DNA of 64,000 bases from Nemertoderma westbladi (Eukaryota > Animalia > Xenacoelomorpha). The stretch lies in NCBI GenBank assembly GCA_032718475.1, contig JAUCBJ010002846.1, forward strand, positions 17,415-81,414, given 5' to 3'. The notes under the pieces are model-generated. The model did no database searches, had not been told where the DNA came from, and saw only the letters and a list, made by a program, of their open reading frames with translations. This document shows positions 40,001-52,943 of the stretch, piece by piece. The position numbers and the translations under genes were made by a program. Within the stretch, counting starts at the first letter, position 1. Each line of letters begins with the position of its first letter.

Positions 40001-43000
40001 GGCTCGCACCACGACAGTGGTACCCGTATGCCAATCTAGCTTACTTCTTGGCTCGCCCCACGACAGTGGTACCCGTATGCTAAGCTAGCTTACTTCTTGG
40101 CTCGCCCCACGACAGTGGTACCCGTATGCTAAGCTAGCTTATTTCTTGGCTCGGCCCACGACAGTGGTACCTGTATGCTAAGCTAGCTTACTTCTTGGCT
40201 CGGCCCACGACAGTGGTGCCCGTATGCTAAGCTCGCCTACTTCGTTGCTCGCCCCACGACAGTGGTACCCGTATGCTAATCTAGCTTACTTCTTGGCTCG
40301 GCCCACGACAGTGGTACCCGTATGCTGAGCTAGCTTACTTCTTGGCTCGGCCCACGACAGTGGTACCCGTATGCTAATCTAGCTTACTTCTTGGCTCGGC
40401 CCACGACAGTGGTACCCGTATGCTGAGCTAGCTTACTTCTTGGCTCGGCCCACGACAGCGGTACCCGTATGCCAAGCTAGCTTACTTCTTGACTCGCCCC
40501 ACGACAGTGGTACCCGTATGCTAATTTAGCTTACTTCTTGGCTCGCCCCACGACAGTGGTACCCGTATGCTAATCTAGCTTACTTCTTGGCTCGCCCCAC
40601 GACAGTGGTACCCGTATGCTAATCTAGCTTATTTCTTGGCTCGCCCCACGACAGTGGTACCCGTATGCCAAGCAGCTTACTTCTTGGCTCGCCCCACGAC
40701 AGCGGTACCCGTATGCTAATCTAGCTTACTTCTTGGCTCGCCCCACGACAGTGGTACCCGTATGCCAAGCTAGCTTACTTCTTGGCTCGCCCCACGACAG
40801 CGGTACCCGTATGCCAATCTAGCTTACTTCTTGGCTCGCCCCACGACAGCGGTACCCGTATGCCAATCTAGCTTACTTCTTGGCTCGCCCCACGACAGTG
40901 GTACCCGTATGCCAAGCTAGCTTACTTCTTGGCTCGCCCCACGACAGTGGTACCCGTATGCCAATCTAGCTTACTTCTTGGCTCGCCCCACGACAGTGGT
41001 ACCCGTATGCCAATCTAGCTTACTTCTTGGCTCGCCCCACGACAGTGGTACCCGTATGCCAAGCTAGCTTACTTCTTGGCTCGCCCCACGACAGCGGTAC
41101 CCGTATGCCAATCTAGCTTACTTCTTGGCTCGGCCCACGACAGTGGTACCCGTATGCTAATCTAGCTTACTTCTTGGCTCGGCCCACGACAGCGGTACCC
41201 GTATGCCAATCTAGCTTACTTCTTGGCTCGGCCCACGACAGTGGTACCCGTATGCTAATCTAGCTTACTTCTTGGCTCGGCCCACGACAGTGGTACCCGT
41301 ATGCCAAGCTAGCTTACTTATTGGCTCGCCCCACGACAGTGGTACCCGTATGCCAAGCTAGCTTACTTATTGGCTCGCCCCACGACAGTGGTACCCGTAT
41401 GCTAAGCTAGCTTACTTCTTGGCTCGCCCCACGACAGTTGTACCCCTATGCTAATCTAGCTTACTTCTTGGTTCGCCCCACGACAGTGGTACCCGTATGC
41501 CAAGCTAGCTTACTTCTTGGCTCGCCCCACGACAGCGGTACCCGTATGCCAAGCTAGCTTACGTCTTGGCTCGCCCCACGACAGTGGTACCCGTATGCTA
41601 ATCTAGCTTATTTCTTGGCTCGCCCCACGACAGCGGTACCCGTATGCTAATCTAGCTTACTTCTTGGCTCGCCCCACGGCAGTGGTACCCGTATGCTAAT
41701 CTAGCTTATTTCTTGGCTCGCCCCACGACAGCGGTACCCGTATGCTAATCTAGCTTACTTCTTGGATCGGCCCACGACAGTGGTACCCGTATGCTAATCT
41801 AGCTTACTTCCTGGCTCGCCCCATGACAGTGGTACCCGTATGCCAAGCTAGCTTATTTCTTGGCTCGCCCCACGACAGTGGTACCCGTATGCTAATCTAG
41901 CTTATTTCTTGGCTCGCCCCACGACAGCGGTATCCGTATGCCAAGCTAGCTTACTTCTTGGCTCGCCCCACGACAGTGGTACCCGTATGCCAAGCTAGCT
42001 TACTTCTTGGCTCGCCCCACGACAGTGGTACCCGTATGCCAAGCTAGCTTACTTCTTGGCTCGCCCCACGACAGTGGTACCCGTATGCTAATCTAGCTTA
42101 CTTCTTGGCTCGGCCCACGACAGCGGTACCCGTATGCTAATCTAGCTTACTTCTTGGCTCGCCCCACGACAGTGGTACCCGTATACTAAGCTAGCTTACT
42201 TCTTGGCTCGCCCCACGACAGTGGTACCCGTAAGCTAATCTAGCTTACTTCTTTGCTCGGCCCACGACAGTGGTACCCGTATGCTAATCTAGCTTACTTC
42301 TTGGCTCGCCCCACGACAGTGGTACCCGTATGCTAATCTAGCTTACTTCTTGGCTCGGCCCACGACAGTGGTACCCGTATGCAATCTAGCTTACTTCTTG
42401 GCTCGGCCCACGACAGTGGTACCCGTATGCTAATCTAGCTTACTTCTTGGCTCGGCCCACGACAGTGGTACCCGTATGCTAATCTAGCTTACTTCTTGGC
42501 TCGCCCCACGACAGTGGTACCCGTATGCTAATCTAGCTTACTTCTTGGCTCGGCCCACGACAGTGGTACCCGTATGCAATCTAGCTTACTTCTTGGCTCG
42601 GCCCACGACAGCGGTACCCGTATGCTAATCTAGCTTACTTCTTGGCTCGCCCCACGACAGTGGTACCCGTATGCTAATCTAGCTTACTTCTTGGCTCGGC
42701 CCACGACAGTGGTACCCGTATGCTAATCTAGCTTACTTCTTGGATCGGCCCACGACAGTGGTACCCGTATGCTAATCTAGCTTACTTCTTGGCTCGGCCC
42801 ACGACAGTGGTACCCATATGCTAATCTAGCTTACTTCTTGGCTCGCACCACGACAGTGGTACCCGTATGCCAATCTAGCTTACTTCTTGGCTCGCCCCAC
42901 GACAGTGGTACCCGTATGCTAAGCTAGCTTACTTCTTGGCTCGCCCCACGACAGTGGTACCCGTATGCTAAGCTAGCTTACTTCCTGGCTCGCCCCATGA

Positions 43001-46000
43001 CAGTGGTACCCGTATGCCAAGCTAGCTTATTTCTTGGCTCGCCCCACGACAGTGGTACCCGTATGCTAATCTAGCTTATTTCTTGGCTCGCCCCACGACA
43101 GCGGTACCGTATGCCAAGCTAGCTTACTTCTTGGCTCGCCCCACGACAGTGGTACCCGTATGCCAAGCTAGCTTACTTCTTGGCTCGCCCCACGACAGTG
43201 GTACCCGTATGCTAATCTAGCTTACTTCTTGGCTCGGCCCACGACAGCGGTACCCGTATGCTAATCTAGCTTACTTCTTGGCTCGCCCCACGACAGTGGT
43301 ACCCGTATGCTAAGCTAGCTTACTTCTTGGCTCGCCCCACGACAGTGGTACCCGTATGCTAATCTAGCTTACTTCTTTGCTCGGCCCACGACAGTGGTAC
43401 CCGTATGCTAATCTAGCTTACTTCTTGGCTCGCCCCACGACAGTGGTACCCGTATGCTAATCTAGCTTACTTCTTGGCTCGGCCCACGACAGTGGTACCC
43501 GTATGCAATCTAGCTTACTTCTTGGCTCGGCCCACGACAGTGGTACCCGTATGCTAATCTAGCTTACTTCTTGGCTCGGCCCACGACAGTGGTACCCGTA
43601 TGCTAATCTAGCTTACTTCTTGGCTCGCCCCACGACAGTGGTACCCGTATGCTAATCTAGCTTACTTCTTGGCTCGGCCCACGACAGTGGTACCCGTATG
43701 CAATCTAGCTTACTTCTTGGCTCGGCCCACGACAGCGGTACCCGTATGCTAATCTAGCTTACTTCTTGGCTCGCCCCACGACAGTGGTACCCGTATGCTA
43801 ATCTAGCTTACTTCTTGGCTCGGCCCACGACAGTGGTACCCGTATGCTAATCTAGCTTACTTCTTGGATCGGCCCACGACAGTGGTACCCGTATGCTAAT
43901 CTAGCTTACTTCTTGGCTCGGCCCACGACAGTGGTACCCATATGCTAATCTAGCTTACTTCTTGGCTCGCACCACGACAGTGGTACCCGTATGCCAATCT
44001 AGCTTACTTCTTGGCTCGCCCCACGACAGTGGTACCCGTATGCTAAGCTAGCTTACTTCTTGGCTCGCCCCACGACAGTGGTACCCGTATGCTAAGCTAG
44101 CTTATTTCTTGGCTCGGCCCACGACAGTGGTACCTGTATGCTAAGCTAGCTTACTTCTTGGCTCGGCCCACGACAGTGGTGCCCGTATGCTAAGCTCGCC
44201 TACTTCGTTGCTCGCCCCACGACAGTGGTACCCGTATGCTAATCTAGCTTACTTCTTGGCTCGGCCCACGACAGTGGTACCCGTATGCTGAGCTAGCTTA
44301 CTTCTTGGCTCGGCCCACGACAGTGGTACCCGTATGCTAATCTAGCTTACTTCTTGGCTCGGCCCACGACAGTGGTACCCGTATGCTGAGCTAGCTTACT
44401 TCTTGGCTCGGCCCACGACAGCGGTACCCGTATGCCAAGCTAGCTTACTTCTTGACTCGCCCCACGACAGTGGTACCCGTATGCTAATCTAGCTTACTTC
44501 TTGGCTCGCCCCACGACAGTGGTACCCGTATGCTAATCTAGCTTACTTCTTGGCTCGCCCCACGACAGTGGTACCCGTATGCTAATCTAGCTTATTTCTT
44601 GGCTCGCCCCACGACAGTGGTACCCGTATGCCAAGCAGCTTACTTCTTGGCTCGCCCCACGACAGCGGTACCCGTATGCTAATCTAGCTTACTTCTTGGC
44701 TCGCCCCACGACAGTGGTACCCGTATGCCAAGCTAGCTTACTTCTTGGCTCGCCCCACGACAGCGGTACCCGTATGCCAATCTAGCTTACTTCTTGGCTC
44801 GCCCCACGACAGCGGTACCCGTATGCCAATCTAGCTTACTTCTTGGCTCGCCCCACGACAGTGGTACCCGTATGCCAAGCTAGCTTACTTCTTGGCTCGC
44901 CCCACGACAGTGGTACCCGTATGCCAATCTAGCTTACTTCTTGGCTCGCCCCACGACAGTGGTACCCGTATGCCAATCTAGCTTACTTCTTGGCTCGCCC
45001 CACGACAGTGGTACCCGTATGCCAAGCTAGCTTACTTCTTGGCTCGCCCCACGACAGCGGTACCCGTATGCCAATCTAGCTTACTTCTTGGCTCGGCCCA
45101 CGACAGTGGTACCCGTATGCTAATCTAGCTTACTTCTTGGCTCGGCCCACGACAGCGGTACCCGTATGCCAATCTAGCTTACTTCTTGGCTCGGCCCACG
45201 ACAGTGGTACCCGTATGCTAATCTAGCTTACTTCTTGGCTCGGCCCACGACAGTGGTACCCGTATGCCAAGCTAGCTTACTTATTGGCTCGCCCCACGAC
45301 AGTGGTACCCGTATGCCAAGCTAGCTTACTTATTGGCTCGCCCCACGACAGTGGTACCCGTATGCTAAGCTAGCTTACTTCTTGGCTCGCCCCACGACAG
45401 TTGTACCCCTATGCTAATCTAGCTTACTTCTTGGTTCGCCCCACGACAGTGGTACCCGTATGCCAAGCTAGCTTACTTCTTGGCTCGCCCCACGACAGCG
45501 GTACCCGTATGCCAAGCTAGCTTACGTCTTGGCTCGCCCCACGACAGTGGTACCCGTATGCTAATCTAGCTTATTTCTTGGCTCGCCCCACGACAGCGGT
45601 ACCCGTATGCTAATCTAGCTTACTTCTTGGCTCGCCCCACGGCAGTGGTACCCGTATGCTAATCTAGCTTATTTCTTGGCTCGCCCCACGACAGCGGTAC
45701 CCGTATGCTAATCTAGCTTACTTCTTGGATCGGCCCACGACAGTGGTACCCGTATGCTAATCTAGCTTACTTCCTGGCTCGCCCCATGACAGTGGTACCC
45801 GTATGCCAAGCTAGCTTATTTCTTGGCTCGCCCCACGACAGTGGTACCCGTATGCTAATCTAGCTTATTTCTTGGCTCGCCCCACGACAGCGGTATCCGT
45901 ATGCCAAGCTAGCTTACTTCTTGGCTCGCCCCACGACAGTGGTACCCGTATGCCAAGCTAGCTTACTTCTTGGCTCGCCCCACGACAGTGGTACCCGTAT

Positions 46001-47598
46001 GCTAATCTAGCTTACTTCTTGGCTCGGCCCACGACAGCGGTACCCGTATGCTAATCTAGCTTACTTCTTGGCTCGCCCCACGACAGTGGTACCCGTATAC
46101 TAAGCTAGCTTACTTCTTGGCTCGCCCCACGACAGTGGTACCCGTAAGCTAATCTAGCTTACTTCTTTGCTCGGCCCACGACAGTGGTACCCGTATGCTA
46201 ATCTAGCTTACTTCTTGGCTCGCCCCACGACAGTGGTACCCGTATGCTAATCTAGCTTACTTCTTGGCTCGGCCCACGACAGTGGTACCCGTATGCAATC
46301 TAGCTTACTTCTTGGCTCGGCCCACGACAGTGGTACCCGTATGCTAATCTAGCTTACTTCTTGGCTCGGCCCACGACAGTGGTACCCGTATGCTAATCTA
46401 GCTTACTTCTTGGCTCGCCCCACGACAGTGGTACCCGTATGCTAATCTAGCTTACTTCTTGGCTCGGCCCACGACAGTGGTACCCGTATGCAATCTAGCT
46501 TACTTCTTGGCTCGGCCCACGACAGCGGTACCCGTATGCTAATCTAGCTTACTTCTTGGCTCGCCCCACGACAGTGGTACCCGTATGCTAATCTAGCTTA
46601 CTTCTTGGCTCGGCCCACGACAGTGGTACCCGTATGCTAATCTAGCTTACTTCTTGGATCGGCCCACGACAGTGGTACCCGTATGCTAATCTAGCTTACT
46701 TCTTGGCTCGGCCCACGACAGTGGTACCCATATGCTAATCTAGCTTACTTCTTGGCTCGCACCACGACAGTGGTACCCGTATGCCAATCTAGCTTACTTC
46801 TTGGCTCGCCCCACGACAGTGGTACCCGTATGCTAAGCTAGCTTACTTCTTGGCTCGCCCCACGACAGTGGTACCCGTATGCTAAGCTAGCTTATTTCTT
46901 GGCTCGGCCCACGACAGTGGTACCTGTATGCTAAGCTAGCTTACTTCTTGGCTCGGCCCACGACAGTGGTGCCCGTATGCTAAGCTCGCCTACTTCGTTG
47001 CTCGCCCCACGACAGTGGTACCCGTATGCTAATCTAGCTTACTTCTTGGCTCGGCCCACGACAGTGGTACCCGTATGCTGAGCTAGCTTACTTCTTGGCT
47101 CGGCCCACGACAGTGGTACCCGTATGCTAATCTAGCTTACTTCTTGGCTCGGCCCACGACAGTGGTACCCGTATGCTGAGCTAGCTTACTTCTTGGCTCG
47201 GCCCACGACAGCGGTACCCGTATGCCAAGCTAGCTTACTTCTTGACTCGCCCCACGACAGTGGTACCCGTATGCTAATCTAGCTTACTTCTTGGCTCGGC
47301 CCACGACAGTGGTACCCGTATGCTAATCTAGCTTACTTCTTGGCTCGCCCCACGACAGTGGTACCCGTATGCTAATCTAGCTTATTTCTTGGCTCGCCCC
47401 ACGACAGTGGTACCCGTATGCCAAGCAGCTTACTTCTTGGCTCGCCCCACGACAGCGGTACCCGTATGCTAATCTAGCTTACTTCTTGGCTCGCCCCACG
47501 ACAGTGGTACCCGTATGCCAAGCTAGCTTACTTCTTGGCTCGCCCCACGACAGCGGTACCCATATGCTAAGCTCGCCTACTTCGTGGCTCACCCCACA
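34004..47598 (+). repeat. Satellite B, 49-bp monomer, about 277 copies with higher-order repeats
   Basis: gtatgctaatctagcttacttcttggctcggcccacgacagtggtaccc; rare variants recur in fixed order. Confidence 0.98.
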
Positions 47599-48035
47599 TT
47601 TTAATAAAATATTCAACGATTTAAATTCATTGCTGAACTTTAGGATCCCAAAAATCGCGATCGAGATAATATCAGAATCCCGTTTGAACGCTTACATTCA
47701 TAAACATATTTAATTTAGTATTCTTACTTTGCTTTTAATGTATTTTGTACTGTCTCTAACCTACACAGTGATTATTATTGGTTAGTTTTACAGTAGTTAT
47801 AGTAACGGTTAGGCCCATCAACGTCGCAGTATGCAATGGTCAGTAATTTTAGTAATAATTTTCTTCAATGTTTTGTAATCTTACTCTAGATCTTTGGTTT
47901 TAATAAAAAAAATGTATAAATAAAATAATAACATTCTGCATTGTGTTGGCTGTTTTCTGGCTGTTGAATTCTAGTTTAATTTTAGTACACACTTGGGACA
48001 CTCTGTGTAGATGCCTTGTGATGAAGAACAAGCAT

Positions 48036-48502
48036 TTACAGTACATCTTATTTGGTGACCTACACGGACACAGAGTAATCTATACCCACCCAGTTACAGT
48101 ACATCTTATTTGGTGACCTACACGGACACAGAGTAATCTATACCCACCCAGTTACAGTACATCTTATTTGGTGACCTACACGGACACAGAGTAATCTATA
48201 CCCACCCAGTTACAGTACATCTTATTTGGTGACCTACACGGACACAGAGTAATCTATACCCACCCAGTTACAGTACATCTTATTTGGTGACCTACACGGA
48301 CACAGAGTAATCTATACCCACCCAGTTACAGTACATCTTATTTGGTGACCTACACGGACACAGAGTAATCTATACCCACCCAGTTACAGTACATCTTATT
48401 TGGTGACCTACACGGACACAGAGTAATCTATACCCACCCAGTTACAGTACATCTTATTTGGTGACCTACACGGACACAGAGTAATCTATACCCACCCAGT
48501 TA
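48036..48502 (+). repeat. 58-bp minisatellite, 8 essentially identical copies
   Basis: ttacagtacatcttatttggtgacctacacggacacagagtaatctatacccacccag repeated. Confidence 0.95.
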
Positions 48503-48902
48503 AGCATTGTTGACATATTGAAATTACATTTATTTGTTGTGGTCCAAATGTCGTTCGAAAAGTATTTATGAGGGCAACTTATTAATACAGATTCCCAGGA
48601 AGCTAAAACATCCTGTAGGGAATTTTATTAACAAAATTCATCATTAAGAAAACAATAACTTGTGTAATGATTTGTTGCTGTAATGGTAAATATATCCCCA
48701 CTCCGTAAAGCCATTTGTTGCTGTAATAGTAAATATATTTATTAAGAAGATGGATTATAATTAAGCTAATAAGAATAAGGCCACGCGAAAATTCAACTTG
48801 GAAAATTTCTAAACTTTGGCCAGACTACATGTGTACCAAATTTGGTTAAATTTCATTAACATTTGGCTGAGTTATTAACGTTTAAAATTGGACACAACAG
48901 AG

Positions 48903-50060
48903 CAACAGACACACCGATTGAGTTAGTGGTAGCTGTATGCTAAGCTTGCTTACTTTCGTCGCTCGCCCCACAACAGACACACCGATTGAGTTAGTGGTAC
49001 CTGAAGGCTAAGCTTGCTTACTTTCGTCGCTCGCCCCACAACAGACACACCGATTGAGTTAGTGGTACCTGTATGCTATGCTCGCTTACTTTCGTCGCTC
49101 GCCCCACAGACACACCGATTGAGTTAGTGGTACCTGTATGCTAAGCTCGCTTACTTTCGTCGCTCGCCCCACAACAGACACACCGATTGAGTTAGTGGTA
49201 CCTGTATGCTAAGCTCGCTTACTTTCGTCGCTCGCCCCACAACAGACACACCGATTGAGTTAGTGGTACCTGTATGCTAAGCTCGCTTACTTCCGTCGCT
49301 CGCCCCACAACAGACACACCGATTGAGTTAGTGGTACCTGTATGCTAAGCTCGCTTACTTTCGTCGCTCGCCCCACAACAGACACACCGATTGAGTTAGT
49401 GGTACCTGTATGCTAAGCTCGCTTACTTTCGTCGCTCGCCCCACAACAGACACACCGATTGAGTTAGTGGTACCTGTATGCTAAGCTCGCTTACTTTCGT
49501 CGCTCGCCCCACAGACACACCGACTGAGTTAGTGGTACCTGTATGCTAAGCTCGCTTACTTTCGTCGCTCGCCCCACAGACACACCGATTGAGTTAGTGG
49601 TACCTGTATGCTAAGCTCGCTTACTCCCGTCGCTCGCCCCACAACAGACTCACCGATTGAGTTAGTGGTACCTGTATGCTAAGCTCGCTTACTCCCGTCG
49701 CTCGCCCCACAACAGACTCACCGATTGAGTTAGTGGTACCTGTATGCTAAGCTCGCTTACTTTCGTCGCTCGCCCCACAGACACACCGACTGAGTTAGTG
49801 GTACCTGTATGCTAAGCTCGCTTACTTTCGTCGCTCGCCCCACAGACACACCGATTGAGTTAGTGGTACCTGTATGCTAAGCTCGCTTACTCCCGTCGCT
49901 CGCCCCACAACAGACTCACCGATTGAGTTAGTGGTACCTGTATGCTAAGCTCGCTTACTTTCGTCGCTCGCCCCACAACAGATCAACAGAACAACAGACT
50001 CACCGATTGAGTTAGTGGTACCTGTATGCTAAGCTCGCTTACTTTTGTCGCTCGCCCCAC
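48903..50060 (+). repeat. Satellite C, 65/68-bp monomer, about 17 copies, related to satellite B
   Basis: caacagacacaccgattgagttagtggtacctgtatgctaagctcgcttactttcgtcgctcgcccca repeated. Confidence 0.95.
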
Positions 50061-50079
50061 ATTAATTTACAAAATAATA

Positions 50080-50222
50080 AGATACGCAAAGACGAAAAAT
50101 ATTTATTCGTATTATACGATACGCAGTAAATTTTTATGATACGATACGAAATTCGATACGAATAAATTAGTGCGATACGAATACGAAAATCCGTTTTCGT
50201 ATCGTATCGTATCCTGTCCCTG
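50080..50222. mobile_element. Possible hAT-like element end with GATAC subterminal repeats
   Basis: Multiple gatacg/cgtatc motifs ending in gtatcctgtccctg (CAGGG terminus on the minus strand); partner end not found. Confidence 0.35.
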
Positions 50223-50715
50223 CATATAATTAGACTAAATACTTTATTGTGTTACAAATTGGTGAATGATTATACTGTGGACTTATATTATAATTTGTTA
50301 AAATAAATATTAAACTCCTGTTTCTCTAACAGGTAACAAATCGAAAAAAATTTAGGCAAAATTACAAAAATTGTATATTTCTGATTTTTATTTATAAATT
50401 TCACTATAGTAGGTTTACCGGTCTGCTGGTAACATTTTACAAAAAAAGGCTGGTTTGTTTGCTGATCAGCTGATTGCAGATCACAGATATCGTTGTACTG
50501 TTGTATGGCAGTATGGGAGAGTAATCACGAACAGATATCGTTGTATGGCAGTATGGGAAAGTAATCACGAACAGATATCGTTGTATGTTGTATGGCAGTA
50601 TGGGAGAGTAAGCTCCCTGGGATAGAGCCCCAGCGACAGTAGTGTCCGTAGGTGTCTCTCTACTTTAGTACCGGTACTACTCGTAACTTTAATTAACTGG
50701 ATTTCAGAGACTATC

Positions 50716-52677
50716 ATGAATATAACTAATTTGTCGGACAACCCCAATGCCCCCTGTTTCATTGCGACTATAGGAAACACGTGCGTGATGCTAGACTGCG
50801 GACTGGATATGCAACCCTTACTGAACTACCTTCCCCAGACGTTGGTGAGTAACCAACGCGTCAATAAACTCAAGGTTTACAACCCGGGGAGTCCGGAGTT
50901 GCAACCGATATCGGGGGAGTTCCGTGAGTCCAACAACCGGTTGTTTATCGATGCTCCCCCAGAGGTCTGCACTCCCGAGTTCTATATCATTGACGTCAGC
51001 GACGTCGACGCAGTTCTCATTTCCAACTATCACCACATGATGGCGTTGCCATACCTCACCAAACTGCCGGGTTTCCGTGCACGTGTCTACGGCACCGAAC
51101 CCACTCTCCAGTTCGGTCAGCTACTGATGGAGGAGTTAGCAACTTTCTCTCATCGCGTTTATAACTCCAAGCGGGCGGATAACTGGAAGTCCATTCCGAG
51201 TGTGTCAAACTCGTTCGTGAAGGGAAAATACTTGGCTTCTTGGCGACGGCTTTACACCTTATCTGACATCGAGGAGGCGGTCTCACATGTGGAGGTCGTA
51301 TCGTACGACCAGCACATCGACTTGCATGGCGGACTCACAGTGGTCCCACGACGCTCCGGCTACGCTCTCGGCTCCGCTAACTGGACCCTAGAGGTAACCA
51401 CTCGCAGCTGTAAACTGGTCTACCTCTCCAGCTCCTCGGTTCTCACGACACACGCCCAGCCCTTGGACCAACCGTCTCTACTCGAGGCCGACCTACTACT
51501 AGTGGCGGGCCTCTCGGCAGCGCCCAACCACGCCCCCGACGCAATGATGTCGGCATTCTGTAACAGCGTATCGGTGACACTCAACTCCGGTGGCAGTGTT
51601 CTAGTTCCCTGCTACCCCACCGGCACTGTCTACGATCTTCTAGAACGGCTGTGGTCCTACCTTGATACACAACGACTGTCCCAAACCCCCATCTACCTGG
51701 TATCCCCGGTATCTGACAGCTGTCTCGCCTACTCAGACATATACGCAGAGTGGCTCGCCCCCACTCGACAGGCCAAGGTCTACCAGCCAGAGGTCCCCTT
51801 CCTCCACTCACTTATGAACAAAGGGAACCGCCTCAAACACTTTGCCAACCTGCACGAGGGTTTCTCCCAGTGTTTCCGCACTCCCTGCGTGCTCCTTTGC
51901 TCCCACCCCTCCCTCCGTCTCGGCGACTCGGTTCACTTCCTCAACCTTTGGGGCTCCGATCCCTCCAACACTGTGGTCTTTATTGAACCGGACTTCCCCT
52001 ACATCGAGGCCGTTGGCGCCTACCAGCCCCTCTTTATGCGCGCCTCCTTCACCCCCATCGATGTGCGACTCACCTTCAACCAACTCTCCGGTCTCCTAGA
52101 GGATCTCCGACCTGGGCGAGTGGTCGCCTCGGATACGTACACGCGACCCGGGTCTGCGACCCGATCCGATCTACAGATCCGACCGGGTCGCTTCCCTTTG
52201 ACCGGGCTAGCTAGAGGCCAATCGGTCTCAGTGCCCATCCAGTGGGACTTTGAGTGCGGGTTTATGTCGCGGGAACTGTGTGAGAGCGTCACTCCGGTGC
52301 AGGTTGGTCCCGGTGGTGGTGGTGCGGCCCTGGTTGCACCGCTCACCGGTGGTGGTGCGGCCCTGGTTGCACCGCTCACCGCCGATATCACCAGACGGGA
52401 CTCCATCCTACTTGGGAAGCCGCGATCTTCCAGTAAACGCGTTAACCTTATCTTTGGTAAGATCGATTGCAATGACCTCCTAGTCCAATTAAAACAAGCC
52501 GACGTCGGTGAAATTAAACTGGAGGAAACATCCAAAGGATACAACATACACTTACAGTCCGAATATTCTACACTTATAAACATAGAAGCCAATAGTATTC
52601 ATGTTATCAATGAAAGTAATGAAAATATTCGTGTAAAAATTAAGGAAATTCTTATTAAAATGTTGAATTTTGTTTAA
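50716..52677 (+). CDS. INTS9: Integrator complex subunit 9 (inactive MBL/beta-CASP), single coding exon
   Basis: 653 aa; MLDCGLD, VDAVLISNY..MMALPYLT, VYGTEPTLQFG, SGYALGSANW, GGSVLVPCYPTG, AEWL, HPSLRLGD and PIDVRL match INTS9; no HxHxDH. Confidence 0.95.
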   Translation: MNITNLSDNPNAPCFIATIGNTCVMLDCGLDMQPLLNYLPQTLVSNQRVNKLKVYNPGSPELQPISGEFRESNNRLFIDAPPEVCTPEFYIIDVSDVDAVLISNYHHMMALPYLTKLPGFRARVYGTEPTLQFGQLLMEELATFSHRVYNSKRADNWKSIPSVSNSFVKGKYLASWRRLYTLSDIEEAVSHVEVVSYDQHIDLHGGLTVVPRRSGYALGSANWTLEVTTRSCKLVYLSSSSVLTTHAQPLDQPSLLEADLLLVAGLSAAPNHAPDAMMSAFCNSVSVTLNSGGSVLVPCYPTGTVYDLLERLWSYLDTQRLSQTPIYLVSPVSDSCLAYSDIYAEWLAPTRQAKVYQPEVPFLHSLMNKGNRLKHFANLHEGFSQCFRTPCVLLCSHPSLRLGDSVHFLNLWGSDPSNTVVFIEPDFPYIEAVGAYQPLFMRASFTPIDVRLTFNQLSGLLEDLRPGRVVASDTYTRPGSATRSDLQIRPGRFPLTGLARGQSVSVPIQWDFECGFMSRELCESVTPVQVGPGGGGAALVAPLTGGGAALVAPLTADITRRDSILLGKPRSSSKRVNLIFGKIDCNDLLVQLKQADVGEIKLEETSKGYNIHLQSEYSTLINIEANSIHVINESNENIRVKIKEILIKMLNFV

Positions 52678-52845
52678 ATATTAAATATTATTCACGGCCT
52701 CAATGTTTCTTTTTAACTTGGGGTTGGATTCCATCCTTATTTTCATTTTATCTCTATCTTTTTAGGTCCGCGTAGCGATACCTCTAGTATTCACTCAGTT
52801 GAGGTTGTTGTTGTCTCGTTAGGTTTTGGTATTAAGGCTTGATAC

Positions 52846-52920
52846 GGCCCCAGTGGCTCAGTTGGCAGAGCGTTGTACTTGGAATCTCTACGTACCGAGT
52901 TCAATCCCCCATTCCGGTGA
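52846..52920 (+). mobile_element. tRNA-derived (SINE-head-like) sequence
   Basis: A box TGGCTCAGTTGG and B box GAGTTCAATCCC; no clean cloverleaf. Confidence 0.5.
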
Positions 52921-52943
52921 ATGTGTTTATGTTGTAAGATAAT

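Noticed and set aside
50565-52592. Overlapping and antisense ORFs within INTS9
   Set aside because: Expected shadows of a GC-rich coding sequence.
52846-52920. Functional tRNA gene (also considered at 15186 and 31861)
   Set aside because: A/B boxes are present but the stems do not form a canonical cloverleaf.
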